Shown here: one piece after another, positions 47,145-57,989 of the stretch
How positions within the stretch are numbered: the stretch's first letter is position 1
Layout: each line of letters begins with the position of its first letter
NCBI GenBank assembly: GCA_033763315.1
Contig: JANRKS010000032.1
Span: 320,001 to 384,000, forward strand
Direction of reading: 5' to 3'
Origin: Deltaproteobacteria bacterium
GTDB lineage: Bacteria > Myxococcota_A > Polyangia > Fen-1088
DNA: 64,000 nt
Position numbers and translations under genes: made by a program
Notes under the pieces: generated by a model
What the model was told of the DNA's origin: nothing
The model's database searches: none
The model's input: only the letters and a program-made list of their open reading frames with translations

Positions 47145-49271
47145 ATGGCCATGGTTCGTAGGTTCACAGTGAAGACGCCGTTGGGTGAAGACGTTTTGCT
47201 GCTCAAGAGCATGACGGGGCACGAGACGCTGGGGCGTTTGTTTCGTTACGAAGTGGAGCTGCTTTGCGAAGCGGGGCAAATCGACGCCAACAAGCTAATC
47301 GGCGAACCGCTGACGGTGACGGTGCAGTTGCCTGACGGCAGCAAGCGCTATTTCAGCGGTGTGGTCACGTCGATCGCAGAGGCGGGTGGTCTGGGCGGTT
47401 ACGCGCGCTTTCTGGCTGTGGTGGAGCCGTGGCTGGCTCTATTGGACCTCACCAACGATTGCCGCATCTTTCAAGCCAAGGCCGTTCCCGAGATCATGAA
47501 GCAGGTGTTTCGTGACTTGGGCTTCTCGGACTTCGAGGAGCGCATCTACGAAACGTATCCTGAGTGGGAATACATGGCGCAATATCGCGAATCTGCGTTC
47601 GCCTTCGTCAGCCGCTTGATGGAACAAGAGGGCATCTATTATTACTTCAAGCACAGCGACGGACGTCACGAACTGGTGCTTGCTGATTCGCCAAGCTCTC
47701 ACGAACCCGCACCGGGCTTCGAAGAGATTCCCTTTTACCCGCCTTCGGAACACAGCGATCGGCGCGAAGAAGAGCACTTCACGGCGTTCGCGATGGTCAA
47801 ACAAATTCAATCTGGAGCCTACGCCACAACGGACTTCGACTTTAAGCGCCCCAAGGTCAGCTTGATGTCCAAAGCAAGCGATCCGGCGGGCCACACTCAT
47901 GCGGATCTCGAGGTCTACGATTACCCGGGTGAATTTCTGCAAGCAAGCGAAGGCGCCGCGATTGCCAAACGCAAGCTGGAAGAGCTGCAGCTTGGGCACG
48001 AACGCTACGATGGGGCGGGCAACGTTTCCGGCGTGGGCGTGGGCCACACTTTCAAGTTAACCAACCACACCACAGACGCGCACAACAAGGAATACCTGGT
48101 GACTTCGTGTCGCTACAACTTGGTTGTGGCCGGTTATGAATCGGGGGCCAGCACCCTCAAAGAACGTTTTGAGGTTGCGTTTTCCGCCGTGCCTTCAAAA
48201 ACGCAGTTTCGCACACCTGCCAAGACGCCGAAGCCTCATATTCGCGGCCCTCAAACGGCCGTGGTGGTGGGCCCGGGCGGCGAAGAGATCTGGGTGGATG
48301 AATTCGGGCGAATCAAAGTGCAGTTTCACTGGGATCGCCTGGGCAAGAACAACGAAAACAGCTCGTGCTGGGTGCGCGTGTCACAGGCGTGGGCGGGGCC
48401 AGGGTTTGGCGCGATACAGTTGCCGCGCATCGGCCAAGAGGTTGTGGTTGAGTTTTTGGAGGGTGATCCGGATCGACCCATCGTCACGGGGCGCGTTTAC
48501 AACGCCGACAACATGCCGCCCTACAAGCTGCCCGACAACAAGACGCAAAGTGGGATCAAGTCTCGCAGCAGCAAGGGCGGCGCGGCGGACAACGCCAACG
48601 AACTGCGTTTCGAAGACAAAAAAGGCAGCGAGCTGCTGTTCATGCAGGCCGAAAAAGATTTTGAAACGGTCATCAAGAACGACGAGCGGCGCACCGTCAA
48701 AAATGATCGCAAGAAGGACGTCACCAACAACGAGGACAGCACGATTGGTAAGAACCGCACGGAAAGCGTGGGCGAGAACGAGTCGATCAGCATCGGCAAG
48801 AACCGCGCGCTGACGATTGGTGGCAACCACGACGTTTCGGTGGATAAGGCGCAAACGACGTCTGTCACCAAAGACAACACGACGTCGATTGGGGGCTCAA
48901 ATTCATTGTCGGTGGACAAGGACGATTCCACCGCAGTGACGGGCGCGCAGAGCATTTCGATCGGCAAGGATCGCTCTTTGACCGTGTCTGGCGGCCACAC
49001 GATCGCGGTGACCAAAGACGAAAACCACACGATCGACGGCGCCCATAATGTCAAAGTGAAAAAGGATGGCGCCATCGACATCGGCAAGAAGATGTCGATC
49101 ACCGTGGCCGATCAATTGACCATCAAGGTGGGCAAAGCGTCGATCACCATGAAGAAGGACGGCACGATTACGATTGATGGCAAAGACATCAAGCTTAACG
49201 GATCGGGCAAGATCGACATCAAGGCGTCGAGCGACGTGAAGATCAAGGGCAGCAAGGTGGGGCAGAATTAG
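47145..49271 (+). CDS. vgrG: Type VI secretion spike VgrG/TssI
   Basis: E.LGRLF, CRIFQ, QYRES..FVSRLMEQEGIYY, GPQTAVVVGP, GRIKVQFHWDR, PRIGQEV, NELRFED, gp5-like C-terminal repeats. Confidence 0.96.
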   Translation: MAMVRRFTVKTPLGEDVLLLKSMTGHETLGRLFRYEVELLCEAGQIDANKLIGEPLTVTVQLPDGSKRYFSGVVTSIAEAGGLGGYARFLAVVEPWLALLDLTNDCRIFQAKAVPEIMKQVFRDLGFSDFEERIYETYPEWEYMAQYRESAFAFVSRLMEQEGIYYYFKHSDGRHELVLADSPSSHEPAPGFEEIPFYPPSEHSDRREEEHFTAFAMVKQIQSGAYATTDFDFKRPKVSLMSKASDPAGHTHADLEVYDYPGEFLQASEGAAIAKRKLEELQLGHERYDGAGNVSGVGVGHTFKLTNHTTDAHNKEYLVTSCRYNLVVAGYESGASTLKERFEVAFSAVPSKTQFRTPAKTPKPHIRGPQTAVVVGPGGEEIWVDEFGRIKVQFHWDRLGKNNENSSCWVRVSQAWAGPGFGAIQLPRIGQEVVVEFLEGDPDRPIVTGRVYNADNMPPYKLPDNKTQSGIKSRSSKGGAADNANELRFEDKKGSELLFMQAEKDFETVIKNDERRTVKNDRKKDVTNNEDSTIGKNRTESVGENESISIGKNRALTIGGNHDVSVDKAQTTSVTKDNTTSIGGSNSLSVDKDDSTAVTGAQSISIGKDRSLTVSGGHTIAVTKDENHTIDGAHNVKVKKDGAIDIGKKMSITVADQLTIKVGKASITMKKDGTITIDGKDIKLNGSGKIDIKASSDVKIKGSKVGQN

Positions 49272-50596
49272 CGGCGCCCACACGTCAGGCCGTCAAGGCA
49301 CTGCCCTTCCCCTGTCGCAAGCACGGCGGTCGAGAAGCGTAGCACGTGGCGATAGACGAAAGTTTCGCGGCGCTGCCCTGCGGCCCACGGCAAATCCGGG
49401 CCATTGATGTCGGAGCTGTAGTCATAGACGATCAACTGATCCGGTTCCTCTCCGCTTATGACGGAGGCGAAGCAGGTGTCGCCGCGCGAGGGAAGGTCCA
49501 TCACGAATGCCATTCGGCCGCGACGCTCGTCCCAACGCCACAAAGCACACCGCTTTGGTGTCGTTATATAGGAAAGCTCATTGCGAACCACCCGCCACAG
49601 ACGGGGACCGGAAAAGACGTCGTAGCGCCCCGAATCTGTGACGTTGCGGCGCCCAATCAAGAACGTCTGCCCGCTGTGACTGAACACCAAAGGGGAGTCG
49701 TACTTCTTGGGATCGGTTACACACTTCCACACACCCAGATGTGGTGCCTTGGCCGTGCAGAGCTTGGAGCCGTATCCATCTTGGTCGCCCGCCTCGTTCC
49801 TGACGACGGCAAATAAGTCTCCTGTTTCAAGGATACGAAAGTCAGTCTCGCTACCGCCGCCTTCGAGCACCGCCGGGTTGTGGCCGAACGCGGCTTGCCA
49901 ATTGTAGCCGTCTGTGGACGCCAGCACCTGCACCTGCATCGGCTTGCCGTCGAACCGGTACATGTTTTCGCCGCCGGTGTATCCGACCATCAGGGCGCGA
50001 TCTGCCAACACGTGAACGCGCCACACGATGAAGCCTGGTGGCCCCACGATCTTCGGCTGGGTCCACACGCCCTGGCCGTCGCTTTCGCTCACGCTGATTC
50101 CGCGCGGCTCGAATGCGAACGGATCCTTTCCTAGGCGCGCCACATACAGCATAAGGCGCCCCTTCCACGACAAAAACCGAGGTTCCCGCAGATCGGTGCC
50201 CATCGCGATGCGCGTTTCAAACCGCCACGTCTGCTCGTCTGTGGAGCTCACGACGTTGATGGCCGCTTCGGCACCAGCGAAGTGTGAGCCGGCGGTGCGC
50301 CATGCCAAATACACACGGCCACCGTGACGAATGACATCCAGGTTGTTGTTGGCTTTGAGGCTCACTGCCTCCGCAGGCATACCCGCCGCCGGAGCCACCA
50401 CGCGCGTGGAGATGAGTTCGACCTTAACCGGCCCTGCCTCTGGCGTGGGCGGGCGTGGACACGGATGCGATTGCTCCCAGGTCGCCGGATCAATACGACC
50501 AAAATACGCCGCCACTTGGTAGTGCCACCCGGCCACGCCGGCGGCGGACAGAACGAGCGGTAGGGCCATAAGAACGCGCCACAACATCAACGGCAA
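49268..50596 (-). CDS. Hypothetical exported protein, possible beta-propeller/sialidase-like
   Basis: N-terminal hydrophobic segment; Asp-box-like SSTDEQTW, ASTDGYNW. Confidence 0.6.
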   Translation of the reverse strand: MPLMLWRVLMALPLVLSAAGVAGWHYQVAAYFGRIDPATWEQSHPCPRPPTPEAGPVKVELISTRVVAPAAGMPAEAVSLKANNNLDVIRHGGRVYLAWRTAGSHFAGAEAAINVVSSTDEQTWRFETRIAMGTDLREPRFLSWKGRLMLYVARLGKDPFAFEPRGISVSESDGQGVWTQPKIVGPPGFIVWRVHVLADRALMVGYTGGENMYRFDGKPMQVQVLASTDGYNWQAAFGHNPAVLEGGGSETDFRILETGDLFAVVRNEAGDQDGYGSKLCTAKAPHLGVWKCVTDPKKYDSPLVFSHSGQTFLIGRRNVTDSGRYDVFSGPRLWRVVRNELSYITTPKRCALWRWDERRGRMAFVMDLPSRGDTCFASVISGEEPDQLIVYDYSSDINGPDLPWAAGQRRETFVYRHVLRFSTAVLATGEGQCLDGLTCGRR

Positions 50597-50801
50597 CCTC
50601 GGTGTTCAACACGCGAAGCTAGGGTTCGGGGTTGCGCGTAAGTGGGCATGAAGCGGGAAAGGTTAACATCGGTGCCGACGTGCAAAACTGTTGCGTCCAC
50701 CGACGGGCGGCCAACGCTGGGTGTGCCGGTGTTGGACAACGGTGGGAATTGTTTAGGCTTTGTCACGCAAGCGCCGCTTGGAGGCGCAAAAATACACGTT
50801 C

Positions 50802-51809
50802 ATGCCATCCACGGTATTTCTAGGAATCGGTCACTTCACTCCTTCACGCGTTGTCACAAACGACGAGCTGGCCACTTTGATGGCCACCTCTGATGAATGG
50901 ATCCAACAGCGAACGGGGATCGTCGAGCGCCGGATGGTTGACTTTGAAAAGGAGCCCATGGGCGCCTCCGAACTGGGCACCCGCGCCGCGCGCCAAGCTC
51001 TAGAGAACGCCGGCGTTTCGCCAAGCGAAATTGACCTCATCATCTTTTGCACGTTGTCCCCAGACCGCGTATTTCCCGGCGACGGTTGTTTGTTGCAAGC
51101 CAAGCTCGACATTCCCTCAGGCGTGCCGGCGCTGGATGTGAGGAACCAGTGCTCTGGGTTTCTTTATGGCTTGGCAATAGCGGATGCGTTCATCCGCAAC
51201 GGCACGTACAAGAAGGTCTTACTTGTGGGGGCGGAGGTGCACTCGTCAGGGCTCGATTTTAGTGACCGAGGTCGCGATGTCGCGGTCATCTTCGGTGACG
51301 GCGGTGCGGCGGCCGTTTTGGGTGCCACCGACGATCTCGGGCGCGGGGTGTTGTCGGTGGAATTGCATGCCGATGGACGTTTTGCGGATGAATTGACATG
51401 CCGATACCCTTCGAGTGCGGAAATGCCCCGCCTACGCGCCGAGCGACTGGAAGATGACGATCAGTTTCCCAAGATGAACGGACGCAACGTCTTTAAGCAC
51501 GCTTCGGTGCGCATGCCTGAGGTGGTGCAAAGCATTCTGGCGAAACACAACGTGAAGCCGCAAGACTTGAAACTGTTGATACCGCACCAAGCAAATCTGC
51601 GAATCAGCGAGATGGTGCAGCAACGGCTGGCCTTGTCACCCGAGCAGGTGTTTAACAACATTCAAAAATACGGGAACACCACGGCCGCGTCCATTCCGCT
51701 TGCGCTAAGCGAAGCCGTGGCGCAAGGCCTTTTAGTGAAAGGTGATCTCGTTTGCTTCGCAGCGTTCGGTGCAGGCTTTACCTGGGCCGCTGCGCTGCTT
51801 CGGTGGTGA
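50802..51809 (+). CDS. fabH: 3-oxoacyl-ACP synthase III
   Basis: TSDEWIQQRTGI, NQCSGF (Cys), FGDG, PHQANLRI (His), YGNT (Asn), FGAGFTW. Confidence 0.93.
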   Translation: MPSTVFLGIGHFTPSRVVTNDELATLMATSDEWIQQRTGIVERRMVDFEKEPMGASELGTRAARQALENAGVSPSEIDLIIFCTLSPDRVFPGDGCLLQAKLDIPSGVPALDVRNQCSGFLYGLAIADAFIRNGTYKKVLLVGAEVHSSGLDFSDRGRDVAVIFGDGGAAAVLGATDDLGRGVLSVELHADGRFADELTCRYPSSAEMPRLRAERLEDDDQFPKMNGRNVFKHASVRMPEVVQSILAKHNVKPQDLKLLIPHQANLRISEMVQQRLALSPEQVFNNIQKYGNTTAASIPLALSEAVAQGLLVKGDLVCFAAFGAGFTWAAALLRW

Positions 51810-51818
51810 TGAACACAA

Positions 51819-53573
51819 TTAACGCCGGGGCTTCGTCAAAACATAGTCGTCGAATGTCGCTTCAACACGGGTATCGCCCTGCAGAACGCCCAAATCTCTT
51901 GCCGGCAAGAACCACCAATCGGCTTCCTGCTTATGCTTCGCTACGTAGGCGTTGAAGTTGGCTTCGTCGACGTTGTTTAGGTTGTTGCGTAGCATCGGCG
52001 CCACGACAACGAACCCCGCGTCGACCAGGTTTTGCGACATGTGCTCGTCGCTTAGCACCATCTGCTTGGGGCCTACTTTGCCCAAGGCGGCCCGCAGGTC
52101 GTGGCCGGGACGCTCTTGCCACGCAGAGTTCCACGATCGCGCTTTCGTGGCGCCGCGCCAGGCGGGATAGACGAGGCCGCTCAAAATCGTTGTCGCGAAC
52201 ACGGTGCCCACGGCCCATCTTTCCACGGCCCCCGTTTGCTTCTCCCAAAGCGGCACCAGCCACGCAGGCGCCGTGAAGAACACCAGTTGCACGGAGAAAA
52301 ACAAGAAGCGATCCACGTCGGCTTTGGGCCACGGCCCCAAATGCATGCACACAGCGGCGCTGAAGCCCGCGACAAACGGCAGCAGGAGCAGACGTTGCGG
52401 CGACGAGCCGCGCCACGCAACGAAGCCGAAGCTGAGCGCGAAGACTGGCCCGAGCTCTTCAAACAACAGCTTGAGGGCTTGCCAAGAAAGCAGCGGCAGG
52501 CCCGCGTGCGCCGTCTTCCAATAAGGCAGCGTCAAGGGCCAAGCGAAGCCCGGCTGAGGGCGGAAAACGATTTCCGGATCCATCGTTGTCTTTGGCCAGA
52601 ACACCTGCGCGTCCCATACGCCGTATGACAACGAAGCGATGGCCGCGATGACGGCAGGCCACGGTAACCGTCCACACACGACGAGAGGCAGAGCCAAAAC
52701 GCCAACAAACAAGAGCATCTCTTCGCTGGCGTGAGGCAAAAGCCACAGCGCCGGTAACGCAAGACATAACTGTGGCCGCGCGAGCGCGTGGCGTTTGGCA
52801 TAGGGGAGTAAAATCGCGATCACGAACGAGCCCAGGGCGTGGCTGAGCGCCATCGGCCGCCGGCGTAGCAGATCGGGATAAACTTGCGCCATGCGGCCGT
52901 GCAGACCCATCATGCCTTCATCAAACAACCGCACGAACGTGGGCCCAAATGCCAGTAGGAAGAAGACGATTGCCCAAACGCGGACGGTGGCGTGGCTCCA
53001 CACTTCGCGGGCCGCGGCCTGCAAGTTCAGCACGATGACGAGCAGCAAGGCGACGCTGACAATGTCCATGCCCAGCTCAAAATCGACTGGCAGCGCATGC
53101 ACGATGACCGCCACCAGCGCGTCATAAAGCCCGTGGTAGGGCAGGGGCACGTGTGGCGCGTTCGAGGCTGTAGGCGGAATGTTCCCGCGCAGATAGGACG
53201 AAATAACAAAGTTGTGGCACGCGGAGTCTGCGAGCGGAATCAGCAACACGAAGGCTGCCACGAAAATGACGCTGGCCACTTCGAGCTTCGACCAAGGCGG
53301 CTCCCTCAGGGTGCGTTTGCTTGTTCGTGCGGCAAAACCACACGCTGTGGCTTGCAAGGCCACCGCAAAGCCACACATGGCTGCGAATGAATGGAACGCT
53401 TCGCCCAGTTTGAGGCCAACGACGGCCAAGCTGAGCATGAACGCGGGCGCCAGCTTGACGCCGTGTCGTCCGAGGTAAAAAACAATGCGGCGCGCGCGGA
53501 CGAAATGCACGGCCCAAGCCGCGAAGATTAACGTCACGGCCGCCATAGCGGTACTGACGGTGCCGGCGGGCAT
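51819..53573 (-). CDS. Polytopic membrane protein, possibly GT-C-like
   Basis: Many TM helices; LPYH loop; soluble C-terminus. Confidence 0.55.
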   Translation of the reverse strand: MPAGTVSTAMAAVTLIFAAWAVHFVRARRIVFYLGRHGVKLAPAFMLSLAVVGLKLGEAFHSFAAMCGFAVALQATACGFAARTSKRTLREPPWSKLEVASVIFVAAFVLLIPLADSACHNFVISSYLRGNIPPTASNAPHVPLPYHGLYDALVAVIVHALPVDFELGMDIVSVALLLVIVLNLQAAAREVWSHATVRVWAIVFFLLAFGPTFVRLFDEGMMGLHGRMAQVYPDLLRRRPMALSHALGSFVIAILLPYAKRHALARPQLCLALPALWLLPHASEEMLLFVGVLALPLVVCGRLPWPAVIAAIASLSYGVWDAQVFWPKTTMDPEIVFRPQPGFAWPLTLPYWKTAHAGLPLLSWQALKLLFEELGPVFALSFGFVAWRGSSPQRLLLLPFVAGFSAAVCMHLGPWPKADVDRFLFFSVQLVFFTAPAWLVPLWEKQTGAVERWAVGTVFATTILSGLVYPAWRGATKARSWNSAWQERPGHDLRAALGKVGPKQMVLSDEHMSQNLVDAGFVVVAPMLRNNLNNVDEANFNAYVAKHKQEADWWFLPARDLGVLQGDTRVEATFDDYVLTKPRR

Positions 53574-53618
53574 CGACGAAGCGTAATCGGCCGTTCATGC
53601 TTTTCGCAAGGAAGCGCG

Positions 53619-54695
53619 ATGACGATTTGCAAAGGTTTTTTCGAGCTCTTGCGGCCGCTGGTGTGTGGCGGGTGGGGCTTGGCCATGGTGGCTTGCACAA
53701 GCGACGATGGCTTGAACCTTGAGCGTGAGCCGTTGATCAACGAGATCTTTGAGCGCGAGGGCGCGATGTCGATGTCCGCCATGCTGGGGGAAGGCGAGCC
53801 GCCGCTTGAGCACGAAGAAGGCATCGAAGACGACAACTGGAGCGACATCGAGGATTTGGATTCGCTCGATCGCTTGGTGCTGCCTGCGGATCTGGGTTTG
53901 ACGAGCGAAGCGTATCTCTTTCACGCCGCCAAGCCGAAGCAGCGTTTGTTCATTTACCACCAAGGCCACGACGGAAACTTCATCAAGGGCAAAGACCCCA
54001 TCGCGACGTTGCTGTCTTGGGGTTACGACGTGTTGGCGTTTGACATGCCGCTGATCGGCGCGAACAAGTCACCGGAGCCCCTTGAAATTGAGGGCATTGC
54101 CATCAGCGATCATGACGATTTCGTGGCGCTTGAACGCGCAAACCTGCCGATCATGCGTTTGTTCTTTGCGCCTATCCTTTCGGGCTTGGACTACGTCATG
54201 GAGCGGTACGAATACAAGTCTGTGGACATGCTGGGCATATCGGGTGGAGGGTGGACCACACATCTATACGCGGCGATGGACACACGCATTCGCCGCAGTT
54301 ACCCCGTGGCGGGCGCCATACCTTTGGACTTGCGCACGCGTGGCTCTGACGTGGGGGATTTCGAACAACGTGCGGCGCGCCCACTTTACGACGACGTTTC
54401 GTATGAAGAGATTTTTGCGATGGCGTCGCTGGGCAACGATGATCCCGAGCGCCGCCAAGTCCAGATCTTAAACTACGATGATCCGTGCTGCTTCTGGGTG
54501 CACGATCGCGAGCAAGAGATTCGCGCCTACGAATCGCGTGTGCGCCAGGCCCTGCAGAAGGACGGCCATAGCCCCGACGGATTCAAGGTGCTGTTCGACA
54601 CCAGCCACAAGATGCACTTCATCTCGCCGTGGACGATGGAGGCCATTTCACGCGATCTGCCGGCTTCGGACAACGACGAAGACGCGGCCGAGTGA
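53619..54695 (+). CDS. Alpha/beta hydrolase, probable lipoprotein
   Basis: HQGH, nucleophile elbow GISGGG, DPCCF, C-terminal His. Confidence 0.75.
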   Translation: MTICKGFFELLRPLVCGGWGLAMVACTSDDGLNLEREPLINEIFEREGAMSMSAMLGEGEPPLEHEEGIEDDNWSDIEDLDSLDRLVLPADLGLTSEAYLFHAAKPKQRLFIYHQGHDGNFIKGKDPIATLLSWGYDVLAFDMPLIGANKSPEPLEIEGIAISDHDDFVALERANLPIMRLFFAPILSGLDYVMERYEYKSVDMLGISGGGWTTHLYAAMDTRIRRSYPVAGAIPLDLRTRGSDVGDFEQRAARPLYDDVSYEEIFAMASLGNDDPERRQVQILNYDDPCCFWVHDREQEIRAYESRVRQALQKDGHSPDGFKVLFDTSHKMHFISPWTMEAISRDLPASDNDEDAAE

Positions 54696-54698
54696 CGC

Positions 54699-57194
54699 TT
54701 ACCCCTTGCCCTTCGGGGCGGGCTTGCCGGCGTCTTCCGCTTTGACCTCTTCCATCGACGTGCGCAATGTTCCGCCCGTGTCAGACTTTTTCACGCCCGG
54801 CGGGCGCTCCCACGGGATCTCTTCCAGCGGCTGATCGGCTTTGGCTTCAAACAGAAACCGCGCTGACATAGGCACGGTGAGCATGAATGAGGCGTCTTTG
54901 CGGCCCAGCGGCCGTTCGCGCAAATCGTCGCCAATCCACGTGGTCAACATCCAGCGCGACGTGTAGCCAATGAACCACGCGTCCATGGTGGCGCTGGACG
55001 TACCCGTTTTGCCAGCAAAGGGGATCTGCGTGGCACGCATCGCAGGCGCATGGCCGTTGGTCACCACGTGCCGCAACAGTTGTGATGTGAGCCATGCCGT
55101 GCGGGGTGGAATCACGGGCTGGGGCGCGGGGGTGGTTGCCAGCGCCACCAAGCGATCCAACCGATCCGCGGGCGTGCCCATCGGATCGCCAATCTCGGTG
55201 TTGTCTTCTAGAAGCACGCCTTGGCGGTTGTGCACGCGGCGAATGTAAACGGGATCCACCAACAGGCCGTTGCGCGCGAAGGCCGAGAACGCACGCGTTG
55301 ATTCGTCGATGCGTGCACACGAGGCGCCCAGGGCCAAGGCTTGATCCGGGATGATGGGCGTTGTGAAGCCCAGTTTGCGGGCCCACGCTTCCACTTCGTG
55401 TCCACCCACAAGCTTGAATAGCTGCACTGACGGCACATTCTTCGACCAGATCAGCGCGTATTCCAGCGTGACCTGGTATTCGGATGTGTTGTTCAAGTTG
55501 GTCGGCGTCCACACTTCACCCGTGATCGGATCCACTTCGGCGCGCGGAATGTCGTTCAACAGCGATGCGTATCCGTAGCCTTGATCCAACGCCAACGAAT
55601 AATAGACGGGCTTATAGGTTGAGCCGGGTTGCCGGCAAGCCTGCACCACGCGGTTGAACTGCGAGCGATCCGCATCATGCCCGCCCACCATGCTGATCAC
55701 GTAGCCACTGTGGTGGTCATACGCAAACAAGGCCGCTTGCGCTTTGGGCAACTGCTCAAGTTGCAACTTCGGGGGGCCTTTGGGCGGGGGCTTGTCTTTA
55801 TAGGAGGCAACGTAGCGAACCTCGAACTTTTCGTCGTACGTCCAATCGCCCCAGCGTTTCGTTGAGCTGTGATGCGCGTTTGAAACCCACACCACATCAC
55901 CCTTACGGATGGGCTGCGCCCCGTCTGCCAAAGGTACGTCGTTGTCGAAGTTGCGTGTGCTGTAAGGCGAGGCCCACGCAAAGCCGGCGCGTGGCAACTC
56001 ATAAGTCTTCGTGCCGATCAACACTTTGGCGCCCGAGGGCGACGCCGATTCCACGAGACCCAAATACAAACGATCTTCTTGCAGCGGTACCTCGCCATAT
56101 CGTTCGGCAGAGCGCGCGCGAAAACGCTCAACCGCTTCACCCGCCAGGCGCGCCACCGGGCCACGGTAACCTTGCCGCTTGTCGAGTTTGCGCAGCGAAA
56201 AGTCGGCGTTTTCTTGCGCCACCGCATCCACCCACGGCACCAGCGTTGTTTCTACCTGCAAGCCCGCGCGCCACAACTGCTGCTCGCCGTAGCGTGCGAT
56301 CACGTCGCGGCGGACGTGTTCAGAAAAATACGGCGAACGATCGTGGAAGATGTCCGGTGCAGGGTGTGTGACGATGGGGTGCGCCTTTTGTTTTGTCGCT
56401 TCGTCTTCCGAAATGAAATGCGCGGCAACAAGCGCATCAAGCACGTGGTCACGACGCGTGCGCGCCAAATCAACGCGCAAAAACGGCGAAAAGCGGCTGG
56501 GCGCGCCTGCCAGCCCCGCGATGAGCGCCATCTCGCCGACGTCTAACTCAGACAATGATTTATCAAAATAACGGCGGGCCGCGGCGGCCACGCCATAGGA
56601 TCCGTGACCCAAAAAGATCTGGTTCAGGTAAAGCGTTAAGATCTCGTCTTTGCTGTTATGGGCTTCCAAACGCCGCGACAAGATGGCTTCGCGGATCTTG
56701 CGCGTGATGGTGCGCTCTGTGGAAAGGAATGACTTGGCCACCTGTTGCGTGATTGTTGATCCACCCTGTGCGACGCGATCGGCGCGCAGGTTCGCCAGCG
56801 TGGCCCGCAAGATGCCGCGGTAATCGATGCCACCGTGCTCATAAAAGCGCCGATCTTCCACCGCCAAGAACGCCGACACCAAGGGCTTTGGGATCGCCCG
56901 CAAAGGCACAATCTCGCGGTACTCCTGCGCCCATTCGGCCAGCGGTGTGCCATCCCAGCCACGCACCACCGTGGTGGCCGCGGCATCATGCTCAAACCGA
57001 GACAGGTCCGGCGTGGGCGGCAGCGTGTTCGCGAAGTAAACGTAAGCCGCGAGGCCGCCTAACAGCGCCAGCCCCGCCAGGCAGCACAAACCAAACGCGT
57101 AGAACTTCAGCAGCCAATAAAAAAAGCCGCCATCGGCCGGGTTGGAGATCTCAACGCGGCCGACGCCTGGTTGGTTATGACGAGGCCATTGCAC
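54699..57194 (-). CDS. mrcA: Class A penicillin-binding protein (PBP1A)
   Basis: EDRRFYEH, QGGSTITQQ, RKIRE, YLNQI; SxxK (STYK), SxN (SKN), KTGT. Confidence 0.92.
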   Translation of the reverse strand: MQWPRHNQPGVGRVEISNPADGGFFYWLLKFYAFGLCCLAGLALLGGLAAYVYFANTLPPTPDLSRFEHDAAATTVVRGWDGTPLAEWAQEYREIVPLRAIPKPLVSAFLAVEDRRFYEHGGIDYRGILRATLANLRADRVAQGGSTITQQVAKSFLSTERTITRKIREAILSRRLEAHNSKDEILTLYLNQIFLGHGSYGVAAAARRYFDKSLSELDVGEMALIAGLAGAPSRFSPFLRVDLARTRRDHVLDALVAAHFISEDEATKQKAHPIVTHPAPDIFHDRSPYFSEHVRRDVIARYGEQQLWRAGLQVETTLVPWVDAVAQENADFSLRKLDKRQGYRGPVARLAGEAVERFRARSAERYGEVPLQEDRLYLGLVESASPSGAKVLIGTKTYELPRAGFAWASPYSTRNFDNDVPLADGAQPIRKGDVVWVSNAHHSSTKRWGDWTYDEKFEVRYVASYKDKPPPKGPPKLQLEQLPKAQAALFAYDHHSGYVISMVGGHDADRSQFNRVVQACRQPGSTYKPVYYSLALDQGYGYASLLNDIPRAEVDPITGEVWTPTNLNNTSEYQVTLEYALIWSKNVPSVQLFKLVGGHEVEAWARKLGFTTPIIPDQALALGASCARIDESTRAFSAFARNGLLVDPVYIRRVHNRQGVLLEDNTEIGDPMGTPADRLDRLVALATTPAPQPVIPPRTAWLTSQLLRHVVTNGHAPAMRATQIPFAGKTGTSSATMDAWFIGYTSRWMLTTWIGDDLRERPLGRKDASFMLTVPMSARFLFEAKADQPLEEIPWERPPGVKKSDTGGTLRTSMEEVKAEDAGKPAPKGKG

Positions 57195-57265
57195 GGAGGC
57201 ACGAATCTAACACCGGGCGGGCGGTTGCGCCGACCCCGGCCGCTAAGTTGCCGGTCCTTTGCCGC

Positions 57266-57310
57266 AAAAAACAGAACGGGGGAGTCGCGTAACACGTCTC
57301 CCCCGTTTTG
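57266..57310 (-). terminator. Intrinsic terminator after tpx
   Basis: Minus strand AACGGGGGAG...CTCCCCCGTT followed by CTGTTTTTT. Confidence 0.75.
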
Positions 57311-57356
57311 AAAGCGACCACGAAGCTATGCTTCTGGGCGCGGTGTGACATTGGGA

Positions 57357-57854
57357 TTATCCCAGCGCGGCCAGGGCCTTGTCGTAGTCAGGTTCGGTCG
57401 TGATTTCGGGCACGAGCTGCGAGTAGATGACCTTGTTGTTCTCGTCGAGCACCACCACAGAGCGGGCCAACAAGCCTTTGAGCGGCGTATCCAACAGCTG
57501 CACGCCCCAGTCCTTATCGAAGTTGCTGCGGAAGGCGGAAAGGCTAACCACGTTGGTGATGCCTTCAGCTTCGCAGAAGCGCTTTTGAGCGAAGGGCAGA
57601 TCCTTCGAAATCACGAGCACCACCGCATCCGCGCGGCTGCCCACCATCTGGTTAAACTTGCGCGTGGAGGTGGCGCAAACACCCGTGTCCAGGCTGGGCA
57701 CGATGTTAAGCACCTTCTTTTTCCCTTGGTACGCGTCCAGCGTCACTTCTTCAAGCGTGCGGCTGACAAGAGACACGCCCGGCGCCACCTGCCCGACCCC
57801 GGGGAGCTCGCCACTGGTGTGGGCGGGGTTCCCTTTGAACGTCACATTAGCCAT
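57357..57854 (-). CDS. tpx: Thiol peroxidase
   Basis: VPSLDTGVC, DLPFAQKRFC, EPDYD. Confidence 0.96.
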   Translation of the reverse strand: MANVTFKGNPAHTSGELPGVGQVAPGVSLVSRTLEEVTLDAYQGKKKVLNIVPSLDTGVCATSTRKFNQMVGSRADAVVLVISKDLPFAQKRFCEAEGITNVVSLSAFRSNFDKDWGVQLLDTPLKGLLARSVVVLDENNKVIYSQLVPEITTEPDYDKALAALG

Positions 57855-57989
57855 TGAAGTCTCTCCTCGTATGTTGTTGCGGTTGCCGAATTTGTTGCCG
57901 CTTCATACAAACTGAGGCCGCCCTGCGCTAGCCAAGCGCCTCGGATTGCCGCTCGGGGGCCAAGACGTTCGCGGCCCCGGCATGGTAGT

